From Hormiphora californensis (taxonomy: Eukaryota > Animalia > Ctenophora): 64,000 nucleotides of DNA. The notes under the pieces are model-generated. The model did not search any database. It saw only the letters and a program-made list of their open reading frames with translations, and had not been told where the DNA came from. The stretch spans positions 6,014,001 to 6,078,000 of the forward strand of contig CM035352.1 in the NCBI GenBank assembly GCA_020137815.1. Reading direction: 5' to 3'. This document shows positions 48,801 through 59,649 of this stretch, one piece after another. Made by a program: the position numbers and the translations under genes. Each line of letters begins with the position of its first letter. Position 1 is the first letter of the stretch.

Positions 48801-49823
48801 CCCCACGCCCCCCACTGAAGCCCCTCTCTGGTTTCTCTCGGCTGTAGATGTTAAGAGGATGCAGTCTGACCCAGCCGGAGTAATGCGTATAACCTCACCC
48901 GGTGCATGCACTATCCGATGTTCTTGAATTGCGAGCACACCAAGTTTGCTATTGCAGAACTTATAAGCCAGCTCCTCTTGCCGTTCGACTGTACGTAAGG
49001 TACGACAGTTTAGAGTTCCAATGAACGTTTGGCTAATATCCTTATAAAAACTTTCCATCATTATTTTTCTTTCACTGCATTTACGTCTGCGGGCGTGACT
49101 CCACAGACAAGACAATCATAGCATTAGAAATAAAGGCGGCGAACCGACTCTACTACACTTCCAGCTGGCGCTGGGTAGAAGAGATTTTATAATGAATTTG
49201 TGACCGTAGTAACATGAATCACTAGCAAGGGATTTGGATCTCTCTAGAGTTAGCCAGGACAACATAAAATGGGAGTTGAACTGAAGGACTCTGAGAGCAT
49301 AATTTACAACTGGTTTGTTCCACTAAGCCTATAGTAGGCAGGGTGGTGCATGTTCAGTGGTTCACTACACACTTTAGCCCACGTTTGCCACCGTACATAA
49401 AATACAGCCAGTCTTTTTAGGACTCGTGGTTAACCACCCCTAGGTGTTCTGTCATTACTCAGCATCGGACCTATGTGCCTCCTCCCCTATGACATGCAAC
49501 AATCAATAAGGGGAAGATAGAGGGGCAAAAAACTAGGAGAAAAATTACCAGAATACAGAGACAAGAAAGATTATGTACTCACCTGAAACACAAGGATAAA
49601 TTTACCCAAAACTTCAAATTTGAGAGAGGATCATAATGTTAGCATTTCAAGGAGTACAAGCGCGTTTACAAGGGGACCCCAACTGAGCCCCAACTTGAGG
49701 GGCTCCCCCTGGGCTCACCTTGGGTCCGTGGGGCGTGTACCTATGTTTTTTGGGACTCCAATAGCATGCTTGTTACAATGTAGTGTTCAAAATAAATAAA
49801 TAAAATTTGGGTTTTTAGGCCCT
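45807..49823. mobile_element. Kolobok-type non-autonomous DNA transposon (TTAA TSD, AG terminus, ~200-bp imperfect TIRs)
   Basis: TTAA|AGGGCCTAAAAACCCA ... TGGGTTTTTAGGCCCT|TTAA. Confidence 0.8.
46110..49061 (-). CDS. Intact APE endonuclease + reverse transcriptase ORF of an RTE/RTEX-type LINE (element ~46084-49526)
   Basis: GTLNCRTL, IQEHR, VYSP, GDFNAK, SDH; RT NYRGIAL, QNGFR, FIDFCKAFDS, GVLQGDTLAPYLF, FADD, FKYLGS. Short tandem (AAGTC/AAGT) tail directly after the stop codon. Confidence 0.92.
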   Translation of the reverse strand: MMESFYKDISQTFIGTLNCRTLRTVERQEELAYKFCNSKLGVLAIQEHRIVHAPGEVIRITPAGSDCILLTSTAERNQRGASVGGVGIAMRAAAWKLITEKEVVSPRILKVTFAGNPRFTVVSVYSPIEGYSRDEVEKFHHDLRDCINTIPAHNLVVVAGDFNAKLGWSDSPSGWYYHKSTSPNGLCLKETLREANMEVANVRFQKRKCRLWTHLSDGTLSKSTKDYILVRRKWRNSIKDADVSEIFSSLGSDHRAVTVKLKLALRKRKTPPGRTSYCYEELKSSPELQERFSVEVHNRFAVLDSAIENRKDATERYGCLVEAVGQTSKALLGKKRKRIRDVVADDFRVKRARENVETASQQYHSAPSEETLDRIGTAKKDLQNAYENVHSEILENKISKVEVATKHAKTRESWRLINEISGRHQREQSQIEGDSADDRVEIWYNHFKTLLGTQVESTDGDLEIPEIHPPGPIEVGPFTRDELKSAKSRLKEAKAFGDDSIPPEVLKRCDVDDIVLEFCNGALNGEGVPDQWRISNLIPVPKKGDLSKPGNYRGIALTSIVAKTLNRMILHRIRPHVETLLSDNQNGFREGRSTTNHVLTLRRILEGARAKNLPVAMVFIDFCKAFDSINRKSLMKILRAYGIPARIVDLISWLYTNTRAKVITADGESALFEIVAGVLQGDTLAPYLFIIALDYCISTALSRHPEIGFTIQPARGTRSRPIEAQRVSDTEFADDLALLADSTEQLGTLLKEVETVCGQIGLRCNLGKTEFLTEGIDNPGQLTSLSGESIKRVQDFKYLGSWIADSIRDINTRKAKAWVACHKLKKIWNSSLKDELKVRLFVACVESVLLYGCETWTLTRDQERSLNGTYTRMLRMALNKNQYLLRMTNCELYGDLPILSTKIAERRLRHAGHAFRHPELTLHSVLLWEPSHGKTKRGRPNLTFVDTIRRDTGVKSVAEISSMMAGRDPWRKLTYSVREYHSP

Positions 49824-50639
49824 TTAAAGGAAACGCATGCCTCAGTCACTGAAGAACGTATTTCTCAGAAGATACGTCGGGTAGAAACTGCTAATGATGA
49901 GAGAAAAAATAAGGTGGCGTGGGACCTCATTAGAGATATTACTGGGGACACTAAAGGAAATGGTGGTGGCTTGGTAGAAGGCGGTAGCGCTGAGGGGAGG
50001 CTGGAGTCTTGGAGGAAACACTTTTCTGGGATATTCGGTGAACCGCCTAGTGTTCCTGATGAGGACCTTGTCATTAACACAGTATGTGAGGAACTCCCTA
50101 TATCTACAGATCCGTTCAACCAGGATGAGTATACTGCAGCTAGGAGGTCCATTAAGGGTCGTCGTGATTATCAATCCAGTAGGCGACATGGTCTAGAGGG
50201 GGATTTGAGGGGCGTGGCACCTCCTCAAATTAATTTGTTTAAAGTAGTGTTGAAAAGTTTGAAACAGTGTTGAAAAGTTTGAATAACAGAAATGTATCAG
50301 GATTTAATGCAGATTAGTTTGTAGGTATGTTAACTTTATTGAAGGCGTTGCCATGGTTAATTAGTAAGAAGGGTTTTCATAGTTCTTATTGCATAATTCT
50401 CACACATATCTGCCTTCTCATTCAGCAGAAATACATAGAATGGTATGAATCGATAAAAGAACAATTACTGATGAGTGAAGGCTGAAGCAGGGATTGCTAA
50501 CTGCTAAGTTATCTTCTTTTGTTTTTCTGGTACGGAACCTGTGACAGGTAATGTGATATTTCAAACTTATCTATCTGTTGTATGCTTGGTAACGCAACTA
50601 CCCATAGTTGCGGGCACGCTAAAACGTACCTTACTATCG

Positions 50640-51085
50640 CAATATACTGAATGATGATGTAGTCAGCTAGTGTAGTGTGGTTCTGGTACCGCTTAGTTTT
50701 ATCTGCATTTGAGCCGAAAAATGGTGCAGCGGCTTCCAGGTGAGCACAGTTGAATGTGCGGATGATGTCTAGATTCTTGGTGTAATCCACATCATGGCGG
50801 TAGGCAGACAGGACCTTTTTGGTGAGAGTATTTCCAACGGCAAGGGCATTGCCATCACTTTTGTCATCAGTAGGTGTAGCCATATTTGTCATATCTGGCA
50901 TGGCTAGAGCCTACAAAGAGGTATTCGCCTCAAATTAATGTTGAAAAGCCTAGGGGTCAAATTCAGCCAGTGCAGCTTCAATACAACCAGGGGTGAAGTC
51001 AACTTCATCTAGCGTGCAGGTCGTTGAAGGAATGTCCTTGATAGCCTCCTCAACCGAGCACATGGATGGATCGCTGAATACTCCT
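50640..51085 (-). pseudogene. LINE debris (ORF2 linker fragment similar to the element at 56340-56480, plus a probable ORF1 fragment)
   Basis: GVFSDPSMCSVEEAIKDI..DFTPGCIEAAL resembles KVFSDPSLVNVENALMDI..LSPAIIEGAL. Confidence 0.5.
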
Positions 51086-51179
51086 ACATATTGGAGAATA
51101 TTTGATTTTTCCAGAGGGTCATCCAGTCAGGTCTCAGGAGCGGAGCCACACTCGATTTGATTTTTCGGTGCTTGTTGAC

Positions 51180-53826
51180 CAGGAAGCGACCGAATATTCG
51201 GTTCGGTTCGGTTCGGTTCGGAAATTCGGTGTTTTTTGGGCGGTTCGGTTCGGTTCGGTTCGGTAGGAAATTTTGGCCGAACCACCGAATTTTTTGGTCA
51301 AAAAATGCCCAGAAATCGGGCTTTTTCATGCAAAATTTTTCAATTATTTCACGAAAATTGTAAGGATTTCAATGTCAATTTCGCCGTATTAACCCTATCT
51401 CGAATCGGTGGTGCTATGTGGAAATGATTTCGCTAGTTAGCGGGTTCGATATGGATTGATTTGATACCTGACTTCCCGTCGAATCGTGTCCTCATGAGAG
51501 GGTCAAAAAATTCATGGAGAGCACCGATCAAGGTGTTAAGAATCATTCTCTGAAATTTTGTAAAAAAGTTTGGAAAATATTTCAAAGTCAATTTTATGGA
51601 AAATTTTCTAAGTCAATTTTTGCGTACAAATCGCGTTTCGAATCGGTATTGCTAAGCGGGAGTGATGTTGCTAATTAGTGGGTCCGAGATGGATTATGCT
51701 GATACGTGATCCCCCATCAAATCTAATTAGGAAGTTTAGGGGAAACGATTCATGTTTCAATAAATCCTGCTAATTAGCGAGAGCACTGCCGCATAGCATC
51801 ACCGATTCGCAACACGTACGATTCGTACGGCAAAATTGACATAGAATTTTTTTTCCGAAATTGACTTTGAAATATTTTACAAAGTTTTTTCACAAAATTA
51901 AATGTTTCTCTAAAAATTCATGGAGAGCATCGATCAAGGTATTGAGAATCATTACCTGAAATTTTGTGAAATTTTTTTTGTGAAAAATATTTTAAGTAAA
52001 TTATGGTATACGAATCGTGTTTCTAATCGACAATGCTAAACGGGAGTGATGTTGGTAATTAGTGGGTCCGAGATGGATTGTGCTGATACGTGATCCCCCA
52101 TCAAATCTAATTTTGAAATTTAGAGAGACACGATTCATGGTTCGTTTAATCCTGCTAATTAGCAATACCATTCCCGTATAGCATTGCCGATTCGAAACAC
52201 GATTCGTACGCAAAAATTGACATAGAAAATTTACGATAAAATTGACTTTGAAAATTTTTTCACAAAATTGACTTTGAAATTTTTTCAAACATTTTTTAAC
52301 AAAATTTCAGAGAATGATTCTCAATACCTTGATCGGTGCTCTCCATGACTTTTTAGAGAAACATTTATATATTCCTATCTCGTTGCAGCTTTTGTATCGT
52401 TTTTGTGACCTCCCTTATCAGTAAAGTTTGCAAGCATCTCTCCAATTGTGACACCCTGTGCTCACCTCGTGCTCACCTGTCATGAGTACTGCTTCTAACG
52501 GTTTTTGTAACCGACTCAGAGTGAACAGTGATGAAAGAGTGAAAAAGGGGGTATACCGTGAGGTACAGAGTGAAGTTGTGGACCTAGTGCGAGAATTGTT
52601 CGTTCATGTGAAGGAAGCGGATTCTTTCCCCAAGAAATGGTCTGCTAGTTCAGCTTCCTGTTTCTGGGACAATCTAAAGTGTCCTAGTAAGAGTAAGATC
52701 AAGGCAGTGGGAAAACCTGAACTTGCTGAGTTTGCAGAGAAGGCATGTCGCTTGCTGGTTGAGCGGTGTTACCCGGCGATTGATAAGTTGTCTATTGAAA
52801 CTGAGGAGTGTGAGAGGAGAATCATCAATTGCCAAGAGGAGCTTATCACCGCACAGCGCTTGTTGGTTGAGGCACAGGACCGCTTAGTTAAGCTACAGTG
52901 TGAACTGTTGGAGAAGAGAGACGGTGAGATCATTGCCGTACAGTCTACCGCTGAGAAGGAGATTAAATCTTTTGCTGGTGTTCTCCAGAAAAACTGTGAG
53001 ACTGCCCTAGCACCGCAGCGGGTACGTCATGCTATTGCTGTAGCGACAGAGGACAGGACAAGCAATGTTATTGTGCATGGTCTGTTTGATGACCGGGCTG
53101 AGAATGATGAGGATCTGGAGAACGAAATTAAGCGAGTGTTTAACAGTATGGGTGCTTGTATTACTGGTATTTCCAGTATGAAGCGACTTGGGAAATACAA
53201 GGAGGACTCTGACCGGCCTGTAAAACTACGTTTATGTGGCAAAGATTTCCGAGATCAAATTCTGTCCAGTAAGAAATCTCTGAAGAACTCTGATAGGCAC
53301 AAAGATGTCTATATTTCCCCTGACCGTTCTCCGGAGGAGAGAGAGGAGAGGAGGAAGCTGGTGGTAGCGCTGAAGGAGAGGAAGGAGGCGGAGCCGGGGA
53401 AGACCTTTGGGATTCGTGGGGGCAAGGTGGAGGAAGTGTGAGAGACAGTGCGGGACTGCTGTGTTTGAGTTTGTGTATTTACAAATTTAGTAAGGTTCTG
53501 TGACTGGACTTTTGAGCATCAGAGCACCGGACATTTAAATGGGATTTAGAACATTTTATTTATCTTTAATACTATAGTTATGTTTGCAATGGTGAACCGC
53601 TCTGATTGCTGTGTAGTTTACTAGTTTTTTGTTCTGGTAACCTATGTGGTATGAGCGTGTATATAAGTACGGATATTATTATTATTATTATTAGAAAAAG
53701 TTTTGTATGGTTCGGTTCGGTTCGGTTACCGAAATTCGGTTCGGTTCGGTTCGGTTCGGTAAAAAAGTTTTTCAAATTCGGTTCGGTTCGGTTCGATGGA
53801 AAACAACCCGGTTCGGTCGTTTCCTG
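51180..53826. mobile_element. Non-autonomous hAT element with (CGGTT)n subterminal repeats
   Basis: TIR CAGGAAGCGACCGAA / TTCGGTCGTTTCCTG; 8-bp TSD TTGTTGAC (51172-51179, 53827-53834). Confidence 0.88.
52482..53441 (+). CDS. LINE ORF1-like protein (coiled coil + RRM/CTD) in an ORF1-only insert (~52367-53692)
   Basis: Coiled coil followed by NVIVHGL..., RLGK....RPVKLRL, VYISPDRSPEEREERRKLV...GIRGGKV; then a ~230-nt UTR and a (TAT)n tail, with no ORF2. Confidence 0.75.
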   Translation: MSTASNGFCNRLRVNSDERVKKGVYREVQSEVVDLVRELFVHVKEADSFPKKWSASSASCFWDNLKCPSKSKIKAVGKPELAEFAEKACRLLVERCYPAIDKLSIETEECERRIINCQEELITAQRLLVEAQDRLVKLQCELLEKRDGEIIAVQSTAEKEIKSFAGVLQKNCETALAPQRVRHAIAVATEDRTSNVIVHGLFDDRAENDEDLENEIKRVFNSMGACITGISSMKRLGKYKEDSDRPVKLRLCGKDFRDQILSSKKSLKNSDRHKDVYISPDRSPEEREERRKLVVALKERKEAEPGKTFGIRGGKVEEV

Positions 53827-53877
53827 TTGTTGACAAAGGACCAAAAGAACCGTGAATTTGATTTGATAGTGTCAATG

Positions 53878-54085
53878 GCTTCCTTCCTTCCTTCCTTCCT
53901 TCCTTCCTTCCTTCCTTCCTTCCTTCCTTCCTTCCTTCCTTCCTTCCTTCCTTCCTTCCTTCCTTCCTTCCTTCCTTCCTTCCTTCCTTCCTTCCTTCCT
54001 TCCTTCCTTCCTTCCTTCCTTCCTTCCTTCCTTCCTTCCTTCCTTCCTTCCTTCCTTCCTTCCTTCCTTCCTTCCTTCCTTCCTT
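53878..54085. repeat. (TTCC)n microsatellite
   Basis: Direct reading. Confidence 0.97.
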
Positions 54086-54684
54086 TCTTTGACCAACATC
54101 TTCTCTACAGCAACGCCCCCTCTTAACCGGAAATCAGTGTCAGAATCAATGTGTTTTAATACATAAGAAGTCCAGTGAGGCAGTGCATACATGGGTTTTT
54201 TGCCAAGCTAGGTTTTTTTCACGATCAAACGCCCTTCCCAACATGATTTACACTCACCTCTTACACTACGACTTCTTTATTATTTCCTGATTTTTACAAG
54301 CCATCTCCCATTATTGTTATGTTGATCAACTAACCCCTCCTTCTCAATCAATTAAATATCCCTTCCTCCATCAGTTTGATGAGGAAAAGATGAAACTAAC
54401 ACTGGAAGTTCTGGATTTGACACGTTGGGAGATATCATATGTGGAGGAGATAAATGAGTGAGATGTCCTTACTTACATTGAAAGAGAAATACTGGAATCA
54501 ATAACACGGAATAAGTAAAAATTAGAACCTTATCTTTTAAAGTGGGAGTAGAGGTAATGGAGGAAAGACAGTGACCGTCTTTGGTCGTGAAACTCGTGTG
54601 ATTTTTCTTAATTGTTCAATGCTCAATTACTATTTCATGATCATTGATAAACTGATAAATGATAATGGTGGTTGCATTTGGCAA

Positions 54685-57600
54685 TATTACAAGATTACAA
54701 GATTACAAATAAGTTTTAGTATACATAACAAATGAATACAACGCACTCAGCAGAGCTTCCGCGTGATAAAATGATATTCCCTATATGAGTGAACTACTTC
54801 CCCTCAGTGAGCAGGGCAACAAGGGAGTTATCTCTAGGGCTCGAGTATCCTCTGACAGGTGGAAAGTCTGGTATGGTAGCAAGGAAGTCTCCAAGTGTGA
54901 CTTTTAGGTTCTCGATTGATGTTGCCAGCCGTACTTCCTCGGGCATCCTGTTAAAGAGTTGAACCGCTCTGACTCCGAATGATGCATCCCGTAGCGTCTG
55001 GACTGATTTCTGTGCCGATGTGATGATCCGAGGGACAATTGCTTTCGGACCGTGTCGATGGTGGACGTAGAAGGATATGTTCGTACTATTAGGTGCTAGC
55101 CCCTTGTATATCTTCCACATATGTATGATCATGTATCTTTCCCGTCTTCTCTGCAAAGAAAGTATCCTGAGGTGGGCTAATCGATTCTCCGTGTGAAGAA
55201 ACGTTGGATTCCCTCGATCTTTGCAATCTCGCCAGTTTGGCATGGCGACCATAGTGGCGAGCAGTATTCTAGCTTCGGCCGAATGAGCGATTTCAGTAAG
55301 GTAACCATGGTTGCTGTAGATCTGTCTCTGAACACTCCTAGGACCCATCCAGCTAATCTTTTGGCTTCTCTGGTGATGATACCGATGTGTGTTGTCCACG
55401 ATGCGTCATTGGTCATGTGGATACCCAGATCTTTCACACAGTGTGCAGGGCTAATGTCCTCACCATTTGTATTGAAGTATCGATAGTTTTCCACATTGAA
55501 GGGAAGAACTCGTAGGAGCTTTGTTTTGTTCAGGGTGTAGTTGAGAATTTCGAACTTGTCCTCATGTAGAATCATGTTGTTCTTCTTTGACCAATCGGCG
55601 ATTCTGTCGAGGTCTCCCTGAAGTGATTTCATGTCCTCTGCTTGTTCGATCGATTGCCTGCTCTTCGTGTCGTCTGCAAACGTTAGTGTACCACCCAGCG
55701 TGCAAGCGGCCAAATCACTAACATAGATAATAAACAGAAGTGGACCCAGCACTGAGCCCTGGATCACACTACTGATGACATATTCTGGTCTGGAGCAGTA
55801 GCCCTCCGTCACTACCGTCTGGCGTCTGTGCTCTACCTGTAAGGAAGGCCTCGATCCAGTTCAACAGTTTTCCTCGTATGCCGTATCTTTGCAGCTTGCC
55901 CAGTAGGATTCGAATATCGACTTTATCGAATGCTTTAGCAAAATCGATATAGGCCACATCTACTTCGTGGCCATTGTTCAGATCCTCTAGGATTGCATCG
56001 TAATGGTTGAGTAGTTGCGTCAGACAGCTTCTACCCGACCGGAATCCATGCTGCTCCTCGTTTATGATCCCTGCCTTTTCCACAAAGTCCGCTAGTTGAC
56101 TTCTTACCACTCGTTCGAAGGTTTTAGTGACGTGGCTCGTCAGTGCCACTGGGCGGTAGTTCTCTGGCAGACTCTTATTGCCCTTCTTGAAAATGGGTGC
56201 AATTTGTTGTTTCTTCAGTTCGGCGGGAATGACCCCGCGGTGAAAGGATTGGTTCCACAATATCCACAGTGGATAGCAAAGTTTATCCCTGGCCTCGTGG
56301 AGAATCAGTGATGGAATATCGCCTTTGGGTGCTGCGGAATGTGGGTTTAGCTCCTTCAAGGCCCCTTCGATGATTGCAGGGGAAAGTTCAATATCTGTCT
56401 ACTCGGCTTTCCTCTCTTCAATATCCATCAGGGCGTTTTCTACGTTGACTAGGGAGGGGTCACTGAAAACTTTAACATACTGGTCCTGGAGTATTTCAGC
56501 TTTCCTCCGTGGATCATCCGTCAGCTCTCCACTCTGTGACAGTAATGGTCCAACTGTCGACTGTACTTTTCTTTTCCTCTTCGCATAAGAGTAAAAAGCT
56601 CTGGGATTCTTCTTGATCTGTGCCACTGCTTTGTCTTCCTCAGCATTTATACTTCGGGTAATGTGTTCCTTGATATTGGTGATGATCTCAGCTGCAAGGG
56701 CTTCTAGTTTAGCAACTCTGGTCTGGCCGGCCCCCTTCTTCTGTAGCTTCTTTATTCGTCTGTCGATCCTCCTCCTCTTTGATTTCAACTTGGTTAGTGC
56801 ATTGTCCTTAACAAGATGGGAGTAGTCCTGGATTTTCTTCAGTGGGGCACTGGAGCATGTGACCTGAAGGACAGTGAGGGTTAGTAGGTTTGTGAATGCT
56901 GTGAGCCTATCAATGTTTTCAAGTGATTCACACAATTCCCAAAGGACATCCCAATCAATATCACTAAGCAAGTCCCTCAGTTTATTCATATCCGATTTGT
57001 GATAACACACTCCTTCGAATGACCAACGATCTAGTTTTTTCTTCTTAAAGTGTGGAGTGCATGTCATGTTATACCCTAGTACACCGGCTACTGTTTTGTG
57101 ATCTGACATACTAATGGTTGCTTCAACCTCAGTTTTGATAAAGTAGTCCGGTCTATTAGTCAAAATTACATCAAGCAAACTGGACTCTCTTGTTGCATCG
57201 TCGACAACTTGACATAGGAAATTTTGTTGTGTAAAGTTCTCTGTTGCTGCTGATATTCTGTCTTCTCTGTCTCCCCCCAGGGTTGAAAGATCCCAATTGT
57301 GGTGTGGTAGGTTTAGGTCCCCCATGATGTAGAGATCAGGGACAGTTCTTTCGTGGGAGTGCTTGTTTATAAAGGCCTGTAGTGTCTCAATCAGGTCTTG
57401 GTAATCACTGGTGCGGTAGATTGAGGCAACTATGGTGTGACACCTAGCAATGTACACAGCAACCATGTTGTTGAAGTTGTCTCCCCAAGAAGTTTTATCA
57501 GTGACAATCAGCGAGCCATGAACGAACAGAGCACAGCCTCCCCCGGTCCTGGTCTCCCTATCTGCTCGCCACAGACTGTATCCCGGTATCTTTACTTGTG

Positions 57601-58078
57601 CGTCCTCCACTCTTCCATCCCACCAAGTCTCAGTTAGGCCCACTGCCATTACCGGTAGATCAGAGCTGGTGATTTGGTCCGCAAGGTATCTCATTTTCCA
57701 CTTTGTTTTGCTAGTGGCGGCAGGGTTGAGACTCCTGCCGTTAATAAGGAGAAGCTTTGATCCGCATACTTCTCCTTTGGTGCCTTTGTTTAGCGTGCAC
57801 CCTGTGTCAATTGCGTGCCGGGTGGAATGTTCCACGATATGTTCGAGACTGGCCTGTGTTTGTGTATCTCGGACGCCACAAGCCCTGGGAGAGAGATTGT
57901 TAGCCTCTCTAGGAGGCGCTCGAAAAAATCCTCCTCTTTGACTTTACTCTTGTTTGTGTCCTCCCTGGATGGTTCCCTGGACCTATTCCTGTCAGCACTG
58001 GAAATGTTGCTGGCGTTCCTGGTTCTGGAACTAGATCGTGATCGAGTCCGGTTTTTAGGCTGGTACTGGCCGGTAGTG
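54685..58078 (-). mobile_element. Near-complete ORF2 of a CR1/L2-group LINE, disrupted by frameshifts and a stop
   Basis: EN INGRSL, TETW, MGDLNLP, SDH; RT NYRPVALTS, QHGFR, DFAKAFDKV, QGSVLGPLLF, FADD over four ORFs; (ATTACAAG)n 3' tail at ~54685-54710. Confidence 0.9.
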
Positions 58079-58521
58079 TCAAAAAATGTGTCAAAAAATG
58101 TGTCAAAAAATGTTTAGCTTTTCCTTTTGAGCGTTAAATCAAATATAATTATAATTACAGTTCAATTACATGTCAACAACACGTAGTCAATGCAACAAAA
58201 AGACTAATGTAAAACTAACAATATTGTTTTATGTACACTGAAACTTAATGGAAACGAAATGAATGTGTTTTATATTCTTCCCACACACTTTTGTCTGAAA
58301 ATGAAATTAGAAACGAAATATTTCTCTCCAATATAGAATTTTCAAATAATCCAAAAGTGTGTTGATCTTGTTTGAAAACAATTAACAACTCAAGAATCTA
58401 ATTGGTCTCATTTATCTTCTCATCCTTGATTTCAGTCTTCTTCATCGAGTCTCCGAAGACAAAAGTGTGTGAAATTGAATGTTATGTAACGCGCGAGAAG
58501 AAAATTGAGGGTAAAGTACGG

Positions 58522-59182
58522 TTATAATCTGGGTGCCTTGCAGCCTGTTTACAGGTGCGCACTACCAAAAGAGTATACTTAGACCGACTTTTTTCAAACG
58601 GCTATAGCCATGGAACCACATGGCCGATTTGAGTAAACTAAACGGTATCAGTTAGAAAATCGATAGCCCTAACCGATAACCCCAAACCAAACCCTAACCA
58701 GACCCTAACGGATAGCCCTAACCCGTCGCGCGCGCCAAAACTACGAATTGTTAGCAATGAAAGGCACCCAGATTTTAACGTTTTCCGTTGTCACCTTGGC
58801 CAAAACGCTTGAGTGGTATGGTGTTGGGGTTAGTGAATGTTCAAAGTTGAGTGGTCTGGCGGACGGTGGTTAGAGCCATTTTAATAAATCAACTTTTTTG
58901 GCAGTGCGCACCTGCAAACGGGCGCGATTATAATCTGGGTGCCTTGCAGCCTGTTTACAGGTGCGCGCTACCAAAAAAGTATACTTAGACCGACTTTTTT
59001 CAAACGGCTATAGCCATGGAACCACATGGCCGATTTGAGTAAACTAAACGGTATCAGTTAGAGAATCGATAGCCCTAACCGATACCCCCAAACCAAACCC
59101 TAACGGATAGCCCTAACCCGTCGCGCGCGCCAAAACTACGAATTGTTAGCAATGAAAGGCACCCAGATTTTAACGTTTTCCC
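58522..59182. repeat. Tandemly duplicated ~260-bp interspersed-repeat module
   Basis: TTATAATCTGGGTGCCTTGCAGCC...AGGCACCCAGATTTTAACG occurs at 58522-58785 and 58928-59180. Confidence 0.7.
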
Positions 59183-59649
59183 CTGCAAACAGGCCACCAA
59201 ACACCCAGATCGTAACGGCGCCCCCTTTTCACGTTTGGCGTCGTATTTGCACGTGACAGCCCCCACTTGCTCACATTTTTCGGCAAAAACGCCGCATATC
59301 ATCTGTCAGGCCAATGCTCTGACCACAGTTCTCGCGCGCTCCGCTTATTTGAGAGAAGCGAGAATGGGTCAGGCCAATGCTCTGACAGCATATCATGGGA
59401 AAGAGCATAATTTTGTGAGTCTGTAAAGTTTTTTTTTGACGAAATTGGTCAAGAAACAAAGGTGTTATGTGAGAGCCAAAACAAGTTTCCGGTGCACAAA
59501 TAAAAACTCGCAAGCCACCCATCCCTGTGCTCCGATTTCATTGCATAGTAGACTCACTTACAAACCGTTCTTTCTCAAATTCTCTGACAACTCTGGCGTT
59601 CGACGTCGTCTGAAAGTTCTTTCTTTAACTGTTTCTCAATCCAGACGGT

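Larger units (their letters stand above)
45290..50155 (+). mobile_element. RTE-type LINE fragment split by a Kolobok-type insertion (pieces 45290-45806 and 49828-50155)
   Basis: QIDYILIRRKWKNS..GSDHRAV endonuclease end. Removing 45807-49827 restores the frame ...ERRERLKETHASVTEERISQKIRRVETANDERKNKVAWDLIRDITG. Confidence 0.82.

Noticed and set aside
49380-49526. HDV-like ribozyme at the RTE 5' end
   Set aside because: A hairpin is present, but I could not assign the P1/P1.1/P2/P3 double pseudoknot by eye; it needs a descriptor search.
50468-50500. CTGATGA as a second hammerhead core
   Set aside because: No stem II closing onto GAAA and no stem I pairing.
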